In this document: in pieces, positions 31,515 to 40,224 of the stretch
How positions within the stretch are numbered: the stretch's first letter is position 1
How the letters are laid out: each line of letters begins with the position of its first letter
Source: Candidatus Bathyarchaeota archaeon
GTDB lineage: Archaea; Thermoproteota; Bathyarchaeia; Bathyarchaeales; Bathycorpusculaceae
Length of the DNA: 64,000 nucleotides
Reading direction: 5' to 3'
NCBI GenBank assembly: GCA_963717465.1
Contig: OY970340.1
Coordinates: 2,368,001 to 2,432,000, forward strand
Notes under the pieces: generated by a model
Told to the model about the DNA's origin: nothing
Database searches by the model: none
What the model saw: the letters and a program-made list of their open reading frames with translations, nothing else
Program-made: the position numbers and the translations under genes

Positions 31515-33479
31515 TCAAGCGGCCTCTTCTATTGGATCTTTATCTTCAAAACTTACACCTTCAGGATAAGCAGCCTTCCAAACTGCATTGTTGAATTTCT
31601 TTTTCAAATCATTAAAGCATGCGTCACATCGTCTAAGAGTATCCTTTTCTGGGGTTACTATTTCCTTAGTAATTGCAAGTTGACTGCAGGCTTCACATTT
31701 TTCCCCGTCCTTAATTTCCTTAACCCAAAAAGTCGGCTTTGTAGCGAGTGTATCGAGTGTATCAGGTGGGTATATACTCTTATTTTTAGATTCTTCACTA
31801 CTCTCTATTTTAGAGAGAGTAATAGGAGTCGCTACAGTCGCTACAGTCGCTACAGTCGCTACAGTCGCTACATCTAAGCTTTTCTGAGATGCCTCGCTTT
31901 TTTTAGCATAAGTAACATTCATGTAAACATGAATTCCTGCTTTTCCGTCGATTCTTTGTGTGGTTTGGATGACTTGAGGAATTTGCTTTGTTAATTCTTG
32001 AGTAAATTGTCCTTTGTTCCTTGGGGCTGCTATTCCGCTTTCAGCGCACCATAGGCCAACTTTTGACCATAGCTCTTTTTCTGGAATGAATTGGTTTTCT
32101 TCATAGCGTAAGTTTGATTCTATGAATGCTTGTGCTGGATTTGAGTTTTTAACGTATTTTTCTCGATTTTCTTCTATGTTCTCGTTCGCGCTAAAGCAAC
32201 CATTTTCTAATAATCGTTTTCTTCCTTCTAAAGCCCAATTAAGGAACCCTGACATTTCCTCTTCGTTTTCAGCCAGTTTATCAGCTAATCTTTTGATTTC
32301 ATTTACGCCTGGTATAAACTGCTTGTTGAAAGCGATTAGATTTTGCCTACGGTACCAGGCGTCAGTGTCATCGTCACTGGGTGGCAGCTGGTTGCAACTA
32401 TAGAATTGTTTAGGCAGGTCATCAGGGTTTGCTGTGAAAGGTTGACCATACTTATTCTGCATTGTCATGGGATCATCCCCTGACATCATTTTTGCGTTGC
32501 CAGTTGCAGAGATTTTTGTTTGTGGAATATCTCGACCTAAATTGACTAGTTTTCTGTAGCAGGTTGCTCTCTCGTATTTGTCATTGCATAATGCTTGAAG
32601 TGTAACATTTGATACGTTTTCGGGTCCTACGAGATAGGTTATTAACGTTAAAACTTGGCCTTTTCCATTGCCGCCTCCTCCAATAAAAATTGTTATTTTA
32701 TGAAACAACATTCCACGGATGAATATGTTTCCTATCGCTTCCTGGAGTAACGGAAGTTGTTTCTCTCCTACGATTTCAGTGAAGGCTTTAAGAATTTGAG
32801 GGCATTTAGCATTAGGGTTAAATTTATGGGGTATTTTGATTGTAGTATATTCGTTCGGTGTTGGATTTATCAGAATGTTTTTCTCTAAATGCAAAAAACC
32901 ATTTTTAACGCCTACGACAGCGTTGCTTGGTTTTATTTCTTCTAAAGTTATGCTTTTCAAGCAATGAAGCGTATTTTCATACAAAGCCTTAGTGTTGCGA
33001 TCACCTATGATTTTTGGCAGTAATTCCTGTAAATAAGTATCACCATCATTGCGCCAAATTCTTCTTTCGGCATCATACCTGCTTAATTTCCCTGTATCTC
33101 GATCAGTTTTGAAAAGATAATTAACGCTGATATCATTAGCGATTTCTTGTGCCCTTAAGGGGAGCTCTTTAATGTCTTCATTTGAAGTTACAGGCATTTG
33201 AATGTAAGTTTTTGGATTAGGATTATATTTTTGTTTTAAAGGTTCGTTTATTTCTTCTTTACATTCTGGACATGCCCAAAGGTTAGGTTGTCCATTATCA
33301 GTATATCCTATAATTCGTAAAAGCTTGCCTTCTCTTGGGCATACATCAAACTCAAAATGCTCTGCCTCTTCTTCATGAAGACGATTAAGCGCTTCTTCAT
33401 GTTCAGGATTAAATTCTTTTGGCAGTCCCGTGGGGATATCGGAAACAATTGGGTTTGGTTGCGGTTGCTCTGTCATCAC
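31515..33479 (-). CDS. phage/plasmid D5/P4-family SF3 helicase (replication protein)
   Basis: D5_N-like region (VGVKNGFLHL), Walker A GGGGNGKG, motif C FYSCNQLP, AWYRR; N- and C-terminal CxxC pairs. Confidence 0.85.
   Translation of the reverse strand: MMTEQPQPNPIVSDIPTGLPKEFNPEHEEALNRLHEEEAEHFEFDVCPREGKLLRIIGYTDNGQPNLWACPECKEEINEPLKQKYNPNPKTYIQMPVTSNEDIKELPLRAQEIANDISVNYLFKTDRDTGKLSRYDAERRIWRNDGDTYLQELLPKIIGDRNTKALYENTLHCLKSITLEEIKPSNAVVGVKNGFLHLEKNILINPTPNEYTTIKIPHKFNPNAKCPQILKAFTEIVGEKQLPLLQEAIGNIFIRGMLFHKITIFIGGGGNGKGQVLTLITYLVGPENVSNVTLQALCNDKYERATCYRKLVNLGRDIPQTKISATGNAKMMSGDDPMTMQNKYGQPFTANPDDLPKQFYSCNQLPPSDDDTDAWYRRQNLIAFNKQFIPGVNEIKRLADKLAENEEEMSGFLNWALEGRKRLLENGCFSANENIEENREKYVKNSNPAQAFIESNLRYEENQFIPEKELWSKVGLWCAESGIAAPRNKGQFTQELTKQIPQVIQTTQRIDGKAGIHVYMNVTYAKKSEASQKSLDVATVATVATVATVATPITLSKIESSEESKNKSIYPPDTLDTLATKPTFWVKEIKDGEKCEACSQLAITKEIVTPEKDTLRRCDACFNDLKKKFNNAVWKAAYPEGVSFEDKDPIEEAA
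31740..31872. repeat. five 9-bp tandem repeats (AGTCGCTAC) plus three degenerate inverted copies; candidate origin
   Basis: 31827-31871 perfect x5; 31740-31766 TGTAGCGAG/TGTATCGAG/TGTATCAGG; AT-rich spacer with palindrome 31800-31820. Confidence 0.85.
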
Positions 33480-33481
33480 TT

Positions 33482-33976
33482 TTACGCTCCTGGGTCAAAC
33501 GCATTTACTTGCTGCAAAATCGGAGAAATTGTTTCAGAGGAGTAATTCAGAAATGTATAGTATTCTTTCGTGTCAGTGTTAGCGAAGACCCGCGAGTTAC
33601 TCAATGGTTCTCCTAGCTGCATGCGAATAAAAGCTGCAAGTCTAGCACATTCATCGAGATTTTTAGTTGTTATTTTTATTGTTGAAATTTCTTGGGTCAG
33701 GCCTTTTTGGCCGTCAGGTAAAATTCCATTTTTTCTATCTAATATTTTGTCTTTATTCATTCGTGTTCGTTTGCCTTTCCCTGCACGCGCAACGGGAACA
33801 ATATAACGCTCAAATACAGTAGGCGAACGATCAAACGCTTTATTTTCAGCTTTTTCGCCACTTAAGCTTTTTGTCTTATTCGGTACATCATTGCAATAAT
33901 GCGAGGCAGAAAAAATGGAGTTAATGCACTCCTCAAGCTTCATTTCTTCAGTGAATTTTGTTAAAGTTGATTCCAC
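33482..33976 (-). CDS. hypothetical element protein upstream of the helicase
   Basis: GAGGCGG RBS-like sequence; ends 2 nt before the helicase start. Confidence 0.6.
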   Translation of the reverse strand: MESTLTKFTEEMKLEECINSIFSASHYCNDVPNKTKSLSGEKAENKAFDRSPTVFERYIVPVARAGKGKRTRMNKDKILDRKNGILPDGQKGLTQEISTIKITTKNLDECARLAAFIRMQLGEPLSNSRVFANTDTKEYYTFLNYSSETISPILQQVNAFDPGA

Positions 33977-34004
33977 TTTTTAGCCGCCTCTATATTTCTT
34001 CATA

Positions 34005-36608
34005 TCAGGGCAGATTAGCGAACCAAGTGTTTCCTTGGCGTGCTGTAACTTCAAGTGCTGTCAATCTGTCTCTTAGAGCTCTACTGATTGCTGCCCCGCC
34101 CTGGTCTTTGCCGTAACTCCAAAGTTGAGTTTGATACTTCTGAGCTACCGGAACAAGATCTACTTCTACACGGTGAAGCCAGCCACTTTCAGGCGTTTCA
34201 CGATCAAGTATGTGATGGATTTTTACAAAACGGTAATTCGGCGATGTGCTTGATATGCCCCATTTGTCAACGTTCAAAGTCACTGAAGCGCCAGGAAGCA
34301 TAGCCCAAGCGTTACTGACGAATCCGCAATCTCCAGTAGCCCAAAGAGTTATTTTTTCAAGCGGCGCTTTCCTTTTTTGGTAAATGCTGTTTGCGTATGC
34401 TGATGCTTCAAAGAAGGCTCCGAAATCACTTTTAGTAATTGGTAATTGACGTTTACCAAAACCATTCGGGTAAGTTACGCCGTTAATAGTGTATGGTGAA
34501 TTAATGTTTGTAGGGTCAGGGTCAGAGGGAGATTGATTTGCCCAATATGCGACGGCTACAGGCTGCACGTTAGGAATCTGCAAGTTATCAATTAAGACAT
34601 ACTGCAATGTTGGATTGGAAGGTTCATCAAATGTGAAACGAATCGCCGTTATTTTCCATGAAAAGCCTGAGCCTTCAAGTTGAACCCATTTTGGATAGCT
34701 CCCCACTGGATTAATAAGTTGAGTTGGGCCACATGGAACACTTATACTATTCCATGCCGCGCCATCCGTAAGAAGATTAGGAAGATTAGGCGTGTAACCG
34801 ATCCAGTTTCCAGCATCATCCTTAAGGCTTAACCACCATTGAAAATGATCGTTTGGTGTTGTATCATGGGCAAAGAGGTCAAAAGTTATGTTTACAGGCA
34901 GTGTCAGTTGAGAATAGTCAATTTTGTTTATTCCGTAAAGTGGAAAGTTTAATTGGCCGCCGGCAAATGTTCCGTTACTTTCAGGGCATTCAATTGATGC
35001 TACTCCTGCAGAGGGAGCTATTGGCGAAGACTGCTCATAATCTATTGGTTGATTGCTTGTTGTCTGAGAGCCTCCACTTGGGTTAACTGTGTCAACGAGA
35101 CTGCAGGTTGCCCAGACTGAAGCATTCTGTTCTGTAAAAAGGTCGTCGCTGCTTAAGTCTAGCAAAACAATAATGTAGTTTCGCAGGTCTAAAGCGTCAG
35201 CGTAAGCGCGTTCAGCATATTTGATAAGATTGTTGCTTGAGTTTCCAAATATGCAGTTAAGTTGAATTCCGCTTGCTTGCTGGTTGCCTGAGCCATCATG
35301 AGGGAACATGTGGAAAACGCCGTTAGAATCAACGTAACCGCTGTAATCAATCAAATCAAAGATGTCTCGAATGCAATCTGTGAGGTATTTTCCTTCAGGT
35401 TCATAAAGAATTTGGGGCGCTGTTGAAGGCGAAGTAAAAGAGACGGCGGCGCCTGATTGAGAAAACAATGTTGCTATTAAATCATCAGCTTTTACTTGTG
35501 CTTGTGAAAGTACTGTTCCATTGATTACGTTTTGAAGAGTTTGAGCGCGATCTCTTCCTCTATATTCAGCTAAAGATAAGCATTCATGCTGTTCATCTTC
35601 CATTAGGATACAGATGGGTTGGTCGACGTAGCCAGACATTAAAGGCGCATTATTCTTGCTGATTTGTATTGGAGCGTTTGGGTTTCCACCGAAAACGTTA
35701 GCTCCATTAAAAAAGTTAACTAGGAAACGTCCAGTTATGTCAGTTTCGCTTAGCCACAACTCGATATGCTGAATAAGACTGCTATAATCGGTGCCGCCAA
35801 TAAGTACCTGAGTTGAAGCGTTGTATGCTAAAAATATGGCTTCAAGAGTATGCGTTTGGCCATTGCCACTATACTGAATCACGTAAGGATTAGTTGAACC
35901 GACATTTACGCTATCAAGCAACCAATAATTAAGAAAGTAACCTGGGTTTGGCGTGGTAGTCACGTTAGTATTTGAAGAGATAGTTTGTGTTCCTGAAGGC
36001 GAAACAGAACCGTTTTGGCTTGCAGAAATCGTATATGTGTCAGGTGTAGGAGATGCATCGGCTATGCCGTAGAGTTGAAACCAAAAAGAGGCAAAATTGC
36101 CTGAAGTAGTTTCAGAGCAAGTGTAAGGTGCCCAATTTGATGTTAATGCTGATGCGTTTCCACTATACGCGGCGTTAGCGTCAGCCGACCAAGCCGCATT
36201 ATTTCCTGAGAGGGCAGTGCACTCTATAACAAGAATGTACTTTTTAGCTGCAGCATAAACGTGTGTTCCGCTAAAAGTAAATTGCGCAGTAAATGTTTCA
36301 TCTTCCTCTGGATTAGTCACCGTTACAGGAGCGCTTGTTTCTAAAGGAGCACCTGTTGGAATCATGCTTATTCCGCTTTGCGCAGAAGCTTCATACATGA
36401 CAGCCTTAAGGGTAGCTGAGCCACCACCGTTTTGTGGAGCAATATATAATCGGATGATAACGCGAGTTAACTTATACCAGTTTGGCGGTGCACTTCCCAT
36501 AGGGAGGGCTTGCCCATTTGCGCTACCGCTCGCTGGATAAACCGCACTAAAACCGTTACCGCAATTGTAATTTCCAGTAGTGTAACTTGTAATTAAAACC
36601 TCACTCAT
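34005..36608 (-). CDS. large virion-like protein: beta-rich N-terminus, Ig/InlB-B-repeat-like domain, tail/baseplate-hub-like region with a carbohydrate-binding-like insert
   Basis: YTISASQNGSVSPSG..PNPGYFLNYWLLD repeat-like unit; 'LMSGYVDQ..YRGRD..YVDSNGVFHMFP' resembles gp27/Tal-type hubs (pattern only). Confidence 0.5.
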   Translation of the reverse strand: MSEVLITSYTTGNYNCGNGFSAVYPASGSANGQALPMGSAPPNWYKLTRVIIRLYIAPQNGGGSATLKAVMYEASAQSGISMIPTGAPLETSAPVTVTNPEEDETFTAQFTFSGTHVYAAAKKYILVIECTALSGNNAAWSADANAAYSGNASALTSNWAPYTCSETTSGNFASFWFQLYGIADASPTPDTYTISASQNGSVSPSGTQTISSNTNVTTTPNPGYFLNYWLLDSVNVGSTNPYVIQYSGNGQTHTLEAIFLAYNASTQVLIGGTDYSSLIQHIELWLSETDITGRFLVNFFNGANVFGGNPNAPIQISKNNAPLMSGYVDQPICILMEDEQHECLSLAEYRGRDRAQTLQNVINGTVLSQAQVKADDLIATLFSQSGAAVSFTSPSTAPQILYEPEGKYLTDCIRDIFDLIDYSGYVDSNGVFHMFPHDGSGNQQASGIQLNCIFGNSSNNLIKYAERAYADALDLRNYIIVLLDLSSDDLFTEQNASVWATCSLVDTVNPSGGSQTTSNQPIDYEQSSPIAPSAGVASIECPESNGTFAGGQLNFPLYGINKIDYSQLTLPVNITFDLFAHDTTPNDHFQWWLSLKDDAGNWIGYTPNLPNLLTDGAAWNSISVPCGPTQLINPVGSYPKWVQLEGSGFSWKITAIRFTFDEPSNPTLQYVLIDNLQIPNVQPVAVAYWANQSPSDPDPTNINSPYTINGVTYPNGFGKRQLPITKSDFGAFFEASAYANSIYQKRKAPLEKITLWATGDCGFVSNAWAMLPGASVTLNVDKWGISSTSPNYRFVKIHHILDRETPESGWLHRVEVDLVPVAQKYQTQLWSYGKDQGGAAISRALRDRLTALEVTARQGNTWFANLP

Positions 36609-37000
36609 TCAGGCACCACGCTGCGATAAACGTCTCGCATTTGTTTCTGTTGTTGTCTTTCCTGAGCTTGATTCTGCAAATACTGCTGATACTTTTCCCA
36701 TTCTGCAAAAGCAACCGTGATTAAAGGCATTAAAATTGGTGCAATGATAGGCGCTAGCTCTGGCGCTAATTCTTTTATTGCTTCATGACTAAGAAAATGC
36801 GTCATTGCTTCTGGACTGCGAACAGCACGCGCTCCACGCACCACAGTTCTAGGGCTAACTCCAAAACCTGAAGGTTCCCCGCCTTCACCGCTTTCTTGAC
36901 TACCCCAATAAGCATTATACTGGCTAGGATTCCACTCTTCACTTTCACCGCCAGCTCCTTCACCGGCACCAGTTTCTGAACCGCCAAACGACGTAGCCAT
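36605..37000 (-). CDS. hypothetical protein with a hydrophobic helix and Gly/Glu-rich N-terminus
   Basis: Stop/start overlap with the 867-aa gene. Confidence 0.6.
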   Translation of the reverse strand: MATSFGGSETGAGEGAGGESEEWNPSQYNAYWGSQESGEGGEPSGFGVSPRTVVRGARAVRSPEAMTHFLSHEAIKELAPELAPIIAPILMPLITVAFAEWEKYQQYLQNQAQERQQQKQMRDVYRSVVPE

Positions 37001-37286
37001 GCCTAGTGCCGCCTTCCTGCTTACTCCAATAAGCGTTGTATTCGCCTAACTGCTCAGCTTCTTCATCCGCTTCCAGACTGCAGCCGCAATGGTTGTGAAC
37101 GTTTGCTGCGTAAGAATCAGGGTCTTCTTGCTCTGCGTTTGGGAAAGTAGCCGGAATCGCGCTTTCATTAAACGGCTTATTATCGTACCCGATGCATTGT
37201 TCGCAGTGGTTACAATTCGTGCCTAAATGAAAAGTGAATGGGCGGTCTTGCTTCTGCAAATCCTGATTATTGTCGTTTTCGGTCAT
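36960..37286 (-). CDS. Cys/His-rich protein with a MuF-like CxxC...HxxCxC pattern
   Basis: CNHCEQC...VHNHCGCSL; GGAG RBS. Confidence 0.4.
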   Translation of the reverse strand: MTENDNNQDLQKQDRPFTFHLGTNCNHCEQCIGYDNKPFNESAIPATFPNAEQEDPDSYAANVHNHCGCSLEADEEAEQLGEYNAYWSKQEGGTRHGYVVWRFRNWCR

Positions 37287-37303
37287 CTCCAGTCAAAGCA
37301 CCC

Positions 37304-37459
37304 TTATTTTTTGCAATTCTTTCTACAGCCATTCACAAGGCATCCAAAAGTAGGCCCGTGGCAGTTGGGGCATTCTTCTTGAGATTTTTGAGCCTTAACT
37401 GCCTTAGTTAACTCATTGCAAACAGGAACCCAAGCTCCCGTTCCTTTATTATTTAACAT
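37304..37459 (-). CDS. 51-aa Cys-rich protein (not in the ORF track)
   Basis: MLNNKGTGAWVPVCNELTKAVKAQKSQEECPNCHGPTFGCLVNGCRKNCKK; GGAGG upstream. Confidence 0.5.
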   Translation of the reverse strand: MLNNKGTGAWVPVCNELTKAVKAQKSQEECPNCHGPTFGCLVNGCRKNCKK

Positions 37460-37862
37460 TTAGGGCCTCCTTGGAGCTGGAAGATTTAGCTTGTTCTTTA
37501 TTTTTGAAATAGACCTTTCCATCTTTAAGATAAATCCTTCCTAACGGATCCCAGGCACCGTTAAGTTTGATATTGCCCGTAATAAGCGGGTTCTCTATTA
37601 CCATTTTATCGGTTAATCCTTCAACGGTAAACGTAACTTTTGCTGTCTGACCAACTAGTAGATGGGTTCTGTCGCATTCGATTTTTAGGGGAGCGTTACT
37701 TTCGTTAATAAACCGAATCTTGAAAATGTCGATGTCCGACTCATTACGGATATAATAGTTTTCTTGCATTTGCTCGAAGCATATTACAAAAAGAGGATGC
37801 GAATCGCTGACGGGATCCTTGTAGGCGCTATCATGATACCAGCCAATTTTTGGCGTACTCAT
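37449..37862 (-). CDS. hypothetical element protein
   Basis: GAGGT RBS; co-oriented with the operon. Confidence 0.55.
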   Translation of the reverse strand: MSTPKIGWYHDSAYKDPVSDSHPLFVICFEQMQENYYIRNESDIDIFKIRFINESNAPLKIECDRTHLLVGQTAKVTFTVEGLTDKMVIENPLITGNIKLNGAWDPLGRIYLKDGKVYFKNKEQAKSSSSKEALNVK

Positions 37863-37966
37863 GATTTTTTAACCTCTTTTTTAACTTTAGCTTTTAAGTG
37901 TATTTCATCTTTGAATTGTTTCATGCTAGATCGCCTTCGATCGGTGCCTTGTTGTTTATTGGACAC

Positions 37967-38161
37967 TTAGGTTAACCCCGGCTCGTTTTTGAGTCCATTC
38001 AAATCTTTTTGGGCATTTTCCTTTTGAAAGAAGTCATTAAGCGCTGAACGAATTAGCTTGCCCCTGTTTGGAAACTTGCCTTTTGAAACAAGTTCGTCGA
38101 TTTTCTGTTTTTCCATTGTTGAGAGCTTAAAACTCAACATTTCAGGGTATTCGGGTATCAT
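37967..38161 (-). CDS. ribbon-helix-helix (CopG-like) regulator
   Basis: LSFKLS..IDELVSKGKFPNRGKLIRSAL. Confidence 0.8.
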   Translation of the reverse strand: MIPEYPEMLSFKLSTMEKQKIDELVSKGKFPNRGKLIRSALNDFFQKENAQKDLNGLKNEPGLT

Positions 38162-38251
38162 TTTTCGTTATCACTGAGAAGTGTTTATATACAGATCTGC
38201 TATATAACCCTTATAACACGGATAGTAAACATAGAGAGTGGATAGTTAAAA

Positions 38252-39103
38252 ATGAGTGAAATGGAAAATAAAACTGAAGCTACCAAAAAATCGGAAAGAA
38301 TTGACGCCATATTAAGCGTGATAGCTGAGAGTCCTGATCCGATAAGTCCTTCTGCAATGCAAGTTAAACTAGATGCAGCCTACTCCAGAGTACATGAAGC
38401 CTTTATCGAGGTGCATCGACAAGGATTGATACAAAAAGCAACTGTGAAATCCAAAAAAAACATGCCGAAAACAGTCTATAGTTTAACCTTTAAAGGAGCC
38501 CTCAAATACCTATCGACATTTACATTAACTCCTAATACACTAATGGATATATTCGAATTCGAGAAAAAAGAAGATGAAGCAAAAGCCCTCTTAATGATTG
38601 AAAAAATAGGCATACTTTTGAATTATCCACTTTTCAAAGAAATCAAATGGCTGTATTCTCGTTACAGTAGCGTGGTTGCATATTTTATCGATGTATCAAG
38701 AGGCCTACTTCGCGGACCTTTAGTAGGTGAAGCGGCTAAGGCTGAAATTGTAAGTAGACCTAACAGTAAGGTACCCGACGCTTATTTTTCGTATGGAGGT
38801 TATCTGCGTAGAATTGAAGAGGATGAAGCAAAGGAATTAGTTAAGACATTAGGTTCAGATCCAAAAAGAATAAATCAATTACGAGCTGAGGAAAACGCTA
38901 TGTTAATGTTTAATTTTGCCGAGTTTTTTTTCATTAATGGGGTACCCTATCAGGGAATTGACAATTCTAATATAGATTTTTCTAACGTTGCTCTTAGTTC
39001 ATTTGCTAAAGAAATTCTCAAAGACAATTTATGGAAAATACACGCATTGGAGCGAGCTGTAAAAGTGTTCTCTGGCCAGAAGGGAGCAGATAAAACAAAA
39101 TAA
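38252..39103 (+). CDS. N-terminal winged-HTH protein, divergent from the RHH gene
   Basis: ILSVIAE..YSRVHEAF..QGLI..YSLTFKG. Confidence 0.6.
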   Translation: MSEMENKTEATKKSERIDAILSVIAESPDPISPSAMQVKLDAAYSRVHEAFIEVHRQGLIQKATVKSKKNMPKTVYSLTFKGALKYLSTFTLTPNTLMDIFEFEKKEDEAKALLMIEKIGILLNYPLFKEIKWLYSRYSSVVAYFIDVSRGLLRGPLVGEAAKAEIVSRPNSKVPDAYFSYGGYLRRIEEDEAKELVKTLGSDPKRINQLRAEENAMLMFNFAEFFFINGVPYQGIDNSNIDFSNVALSSFAKEILKDNLWKIHALERAVKVFSGQKGADKTK

Positions 39104-39474
39104 GAGAAGAATTAAGAACTGAACTGCAACGTGAACTGGGAGGCAAGAAAGATGTGTGAAGATTCCGAAACTATTGAAAATAATCAGTTGAAGTTAATAG
39201 CAAGTTGAAAAACTTAGGCATTAGGGATATTAAGTTTGATGAAAAAATGAAAGCACCAGGAGAGATAGTAGGTCTAGACCCCAAGTTTATAGACCCATTT
39301 AAAGCATTGGAAAGTATTATCAAAGATTTAGCTGATGAATTAGCAAAGGCAAAGACAGACCTTTGGCTTTTAAAACAGAAATAATAGCATTCATGAAACA
39401 TAAACCAAAAAGAGAGGCTATTTTGCTCAACTATTTGAGCAGAAGCATGATGGTGATTAGTAAAAAAGCATAAG

Positions 39475-39735
39475 CTAACTCTTTTTTATTGGTTTAAAAA
39501 TTATTGTTTTTCCATCTGTTTCTTTCAGTTCTAGCCCATTTTTAATAATGAACCATTGAAGGCATATTTTGTTTGATTGGTTTAGGTATGTTTTAAGGTG
39601 AATTTGATAGCCATGCGATAAGATGTTATCGGAACCAGAGGGCATAAGCGCTAAATAATTTCCATCAACAGAAGTGCATTTATTCAAAATTTCCTTCAAT
39701 AAGTTAACTGCATCTTCTCGCTTCAGAAAAGTCAC
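39475..39735 (-). CDS. small hypothetical protein, paralogue of host gene 3518-3757
   Basis: By-eye similarity over the full length. Confidence 0.6.
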   Translation of the reverse strand: MTFLKREDAVNLLKEILNKCTSVDGNYLALMPSGSDNILSHGYQIHLKTYLNQSNKICLQWFIIKNGLELKETDGKTIIFKPIKKS

Positions 39736-40224
39736 TATTAAAATAAATGTTGATGCTTGTAAAATCCTTTGCTGAAGAATTTAAAGCAAACTTGGAAGCT
39801 TCGAAAGTTTTTTTAGTCCAGACAACCCCTAATATTTCAGAGGGCTTATCCTTTGGATGCTTTAGTTATTTGGCGAAAACCTGTTACTTGCGGTTTCTGT
39901 GGGAATCCTGCCCTAGATCCGGGGCTCAAGGGTACCTGGATTTAGCAGCTGGAACGCGAATATTTTGTCCTCACTGCAGCGTTTATGGACCTTACGAGAA
40001 AGAGTATGCGTCTTCTTTCACGGTTCCCTATCAGTACGGCGTTTTCTTCGTTAAAGATAAGGACGGCCGAGAGCACCAAGAGCAAAGAAAAATCTATAAT
40101 GCAAGAGCGCAGGAATTACTCGCGGCAACTCTTCAAACACGTTAACCCTCCATTCATGACAAGCATTTTTTTAGTGGAAAAGCTAGGTTTTTTAATATAA
40201 AAAAGGTGACTTATAGAAAGTCAC

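Noticed and set aside
31827..31871. CRISPR array
   Set aside because: Contiguous 9-bp units without spacers; no cas genes or repeat-spacer arrays seen in the window.
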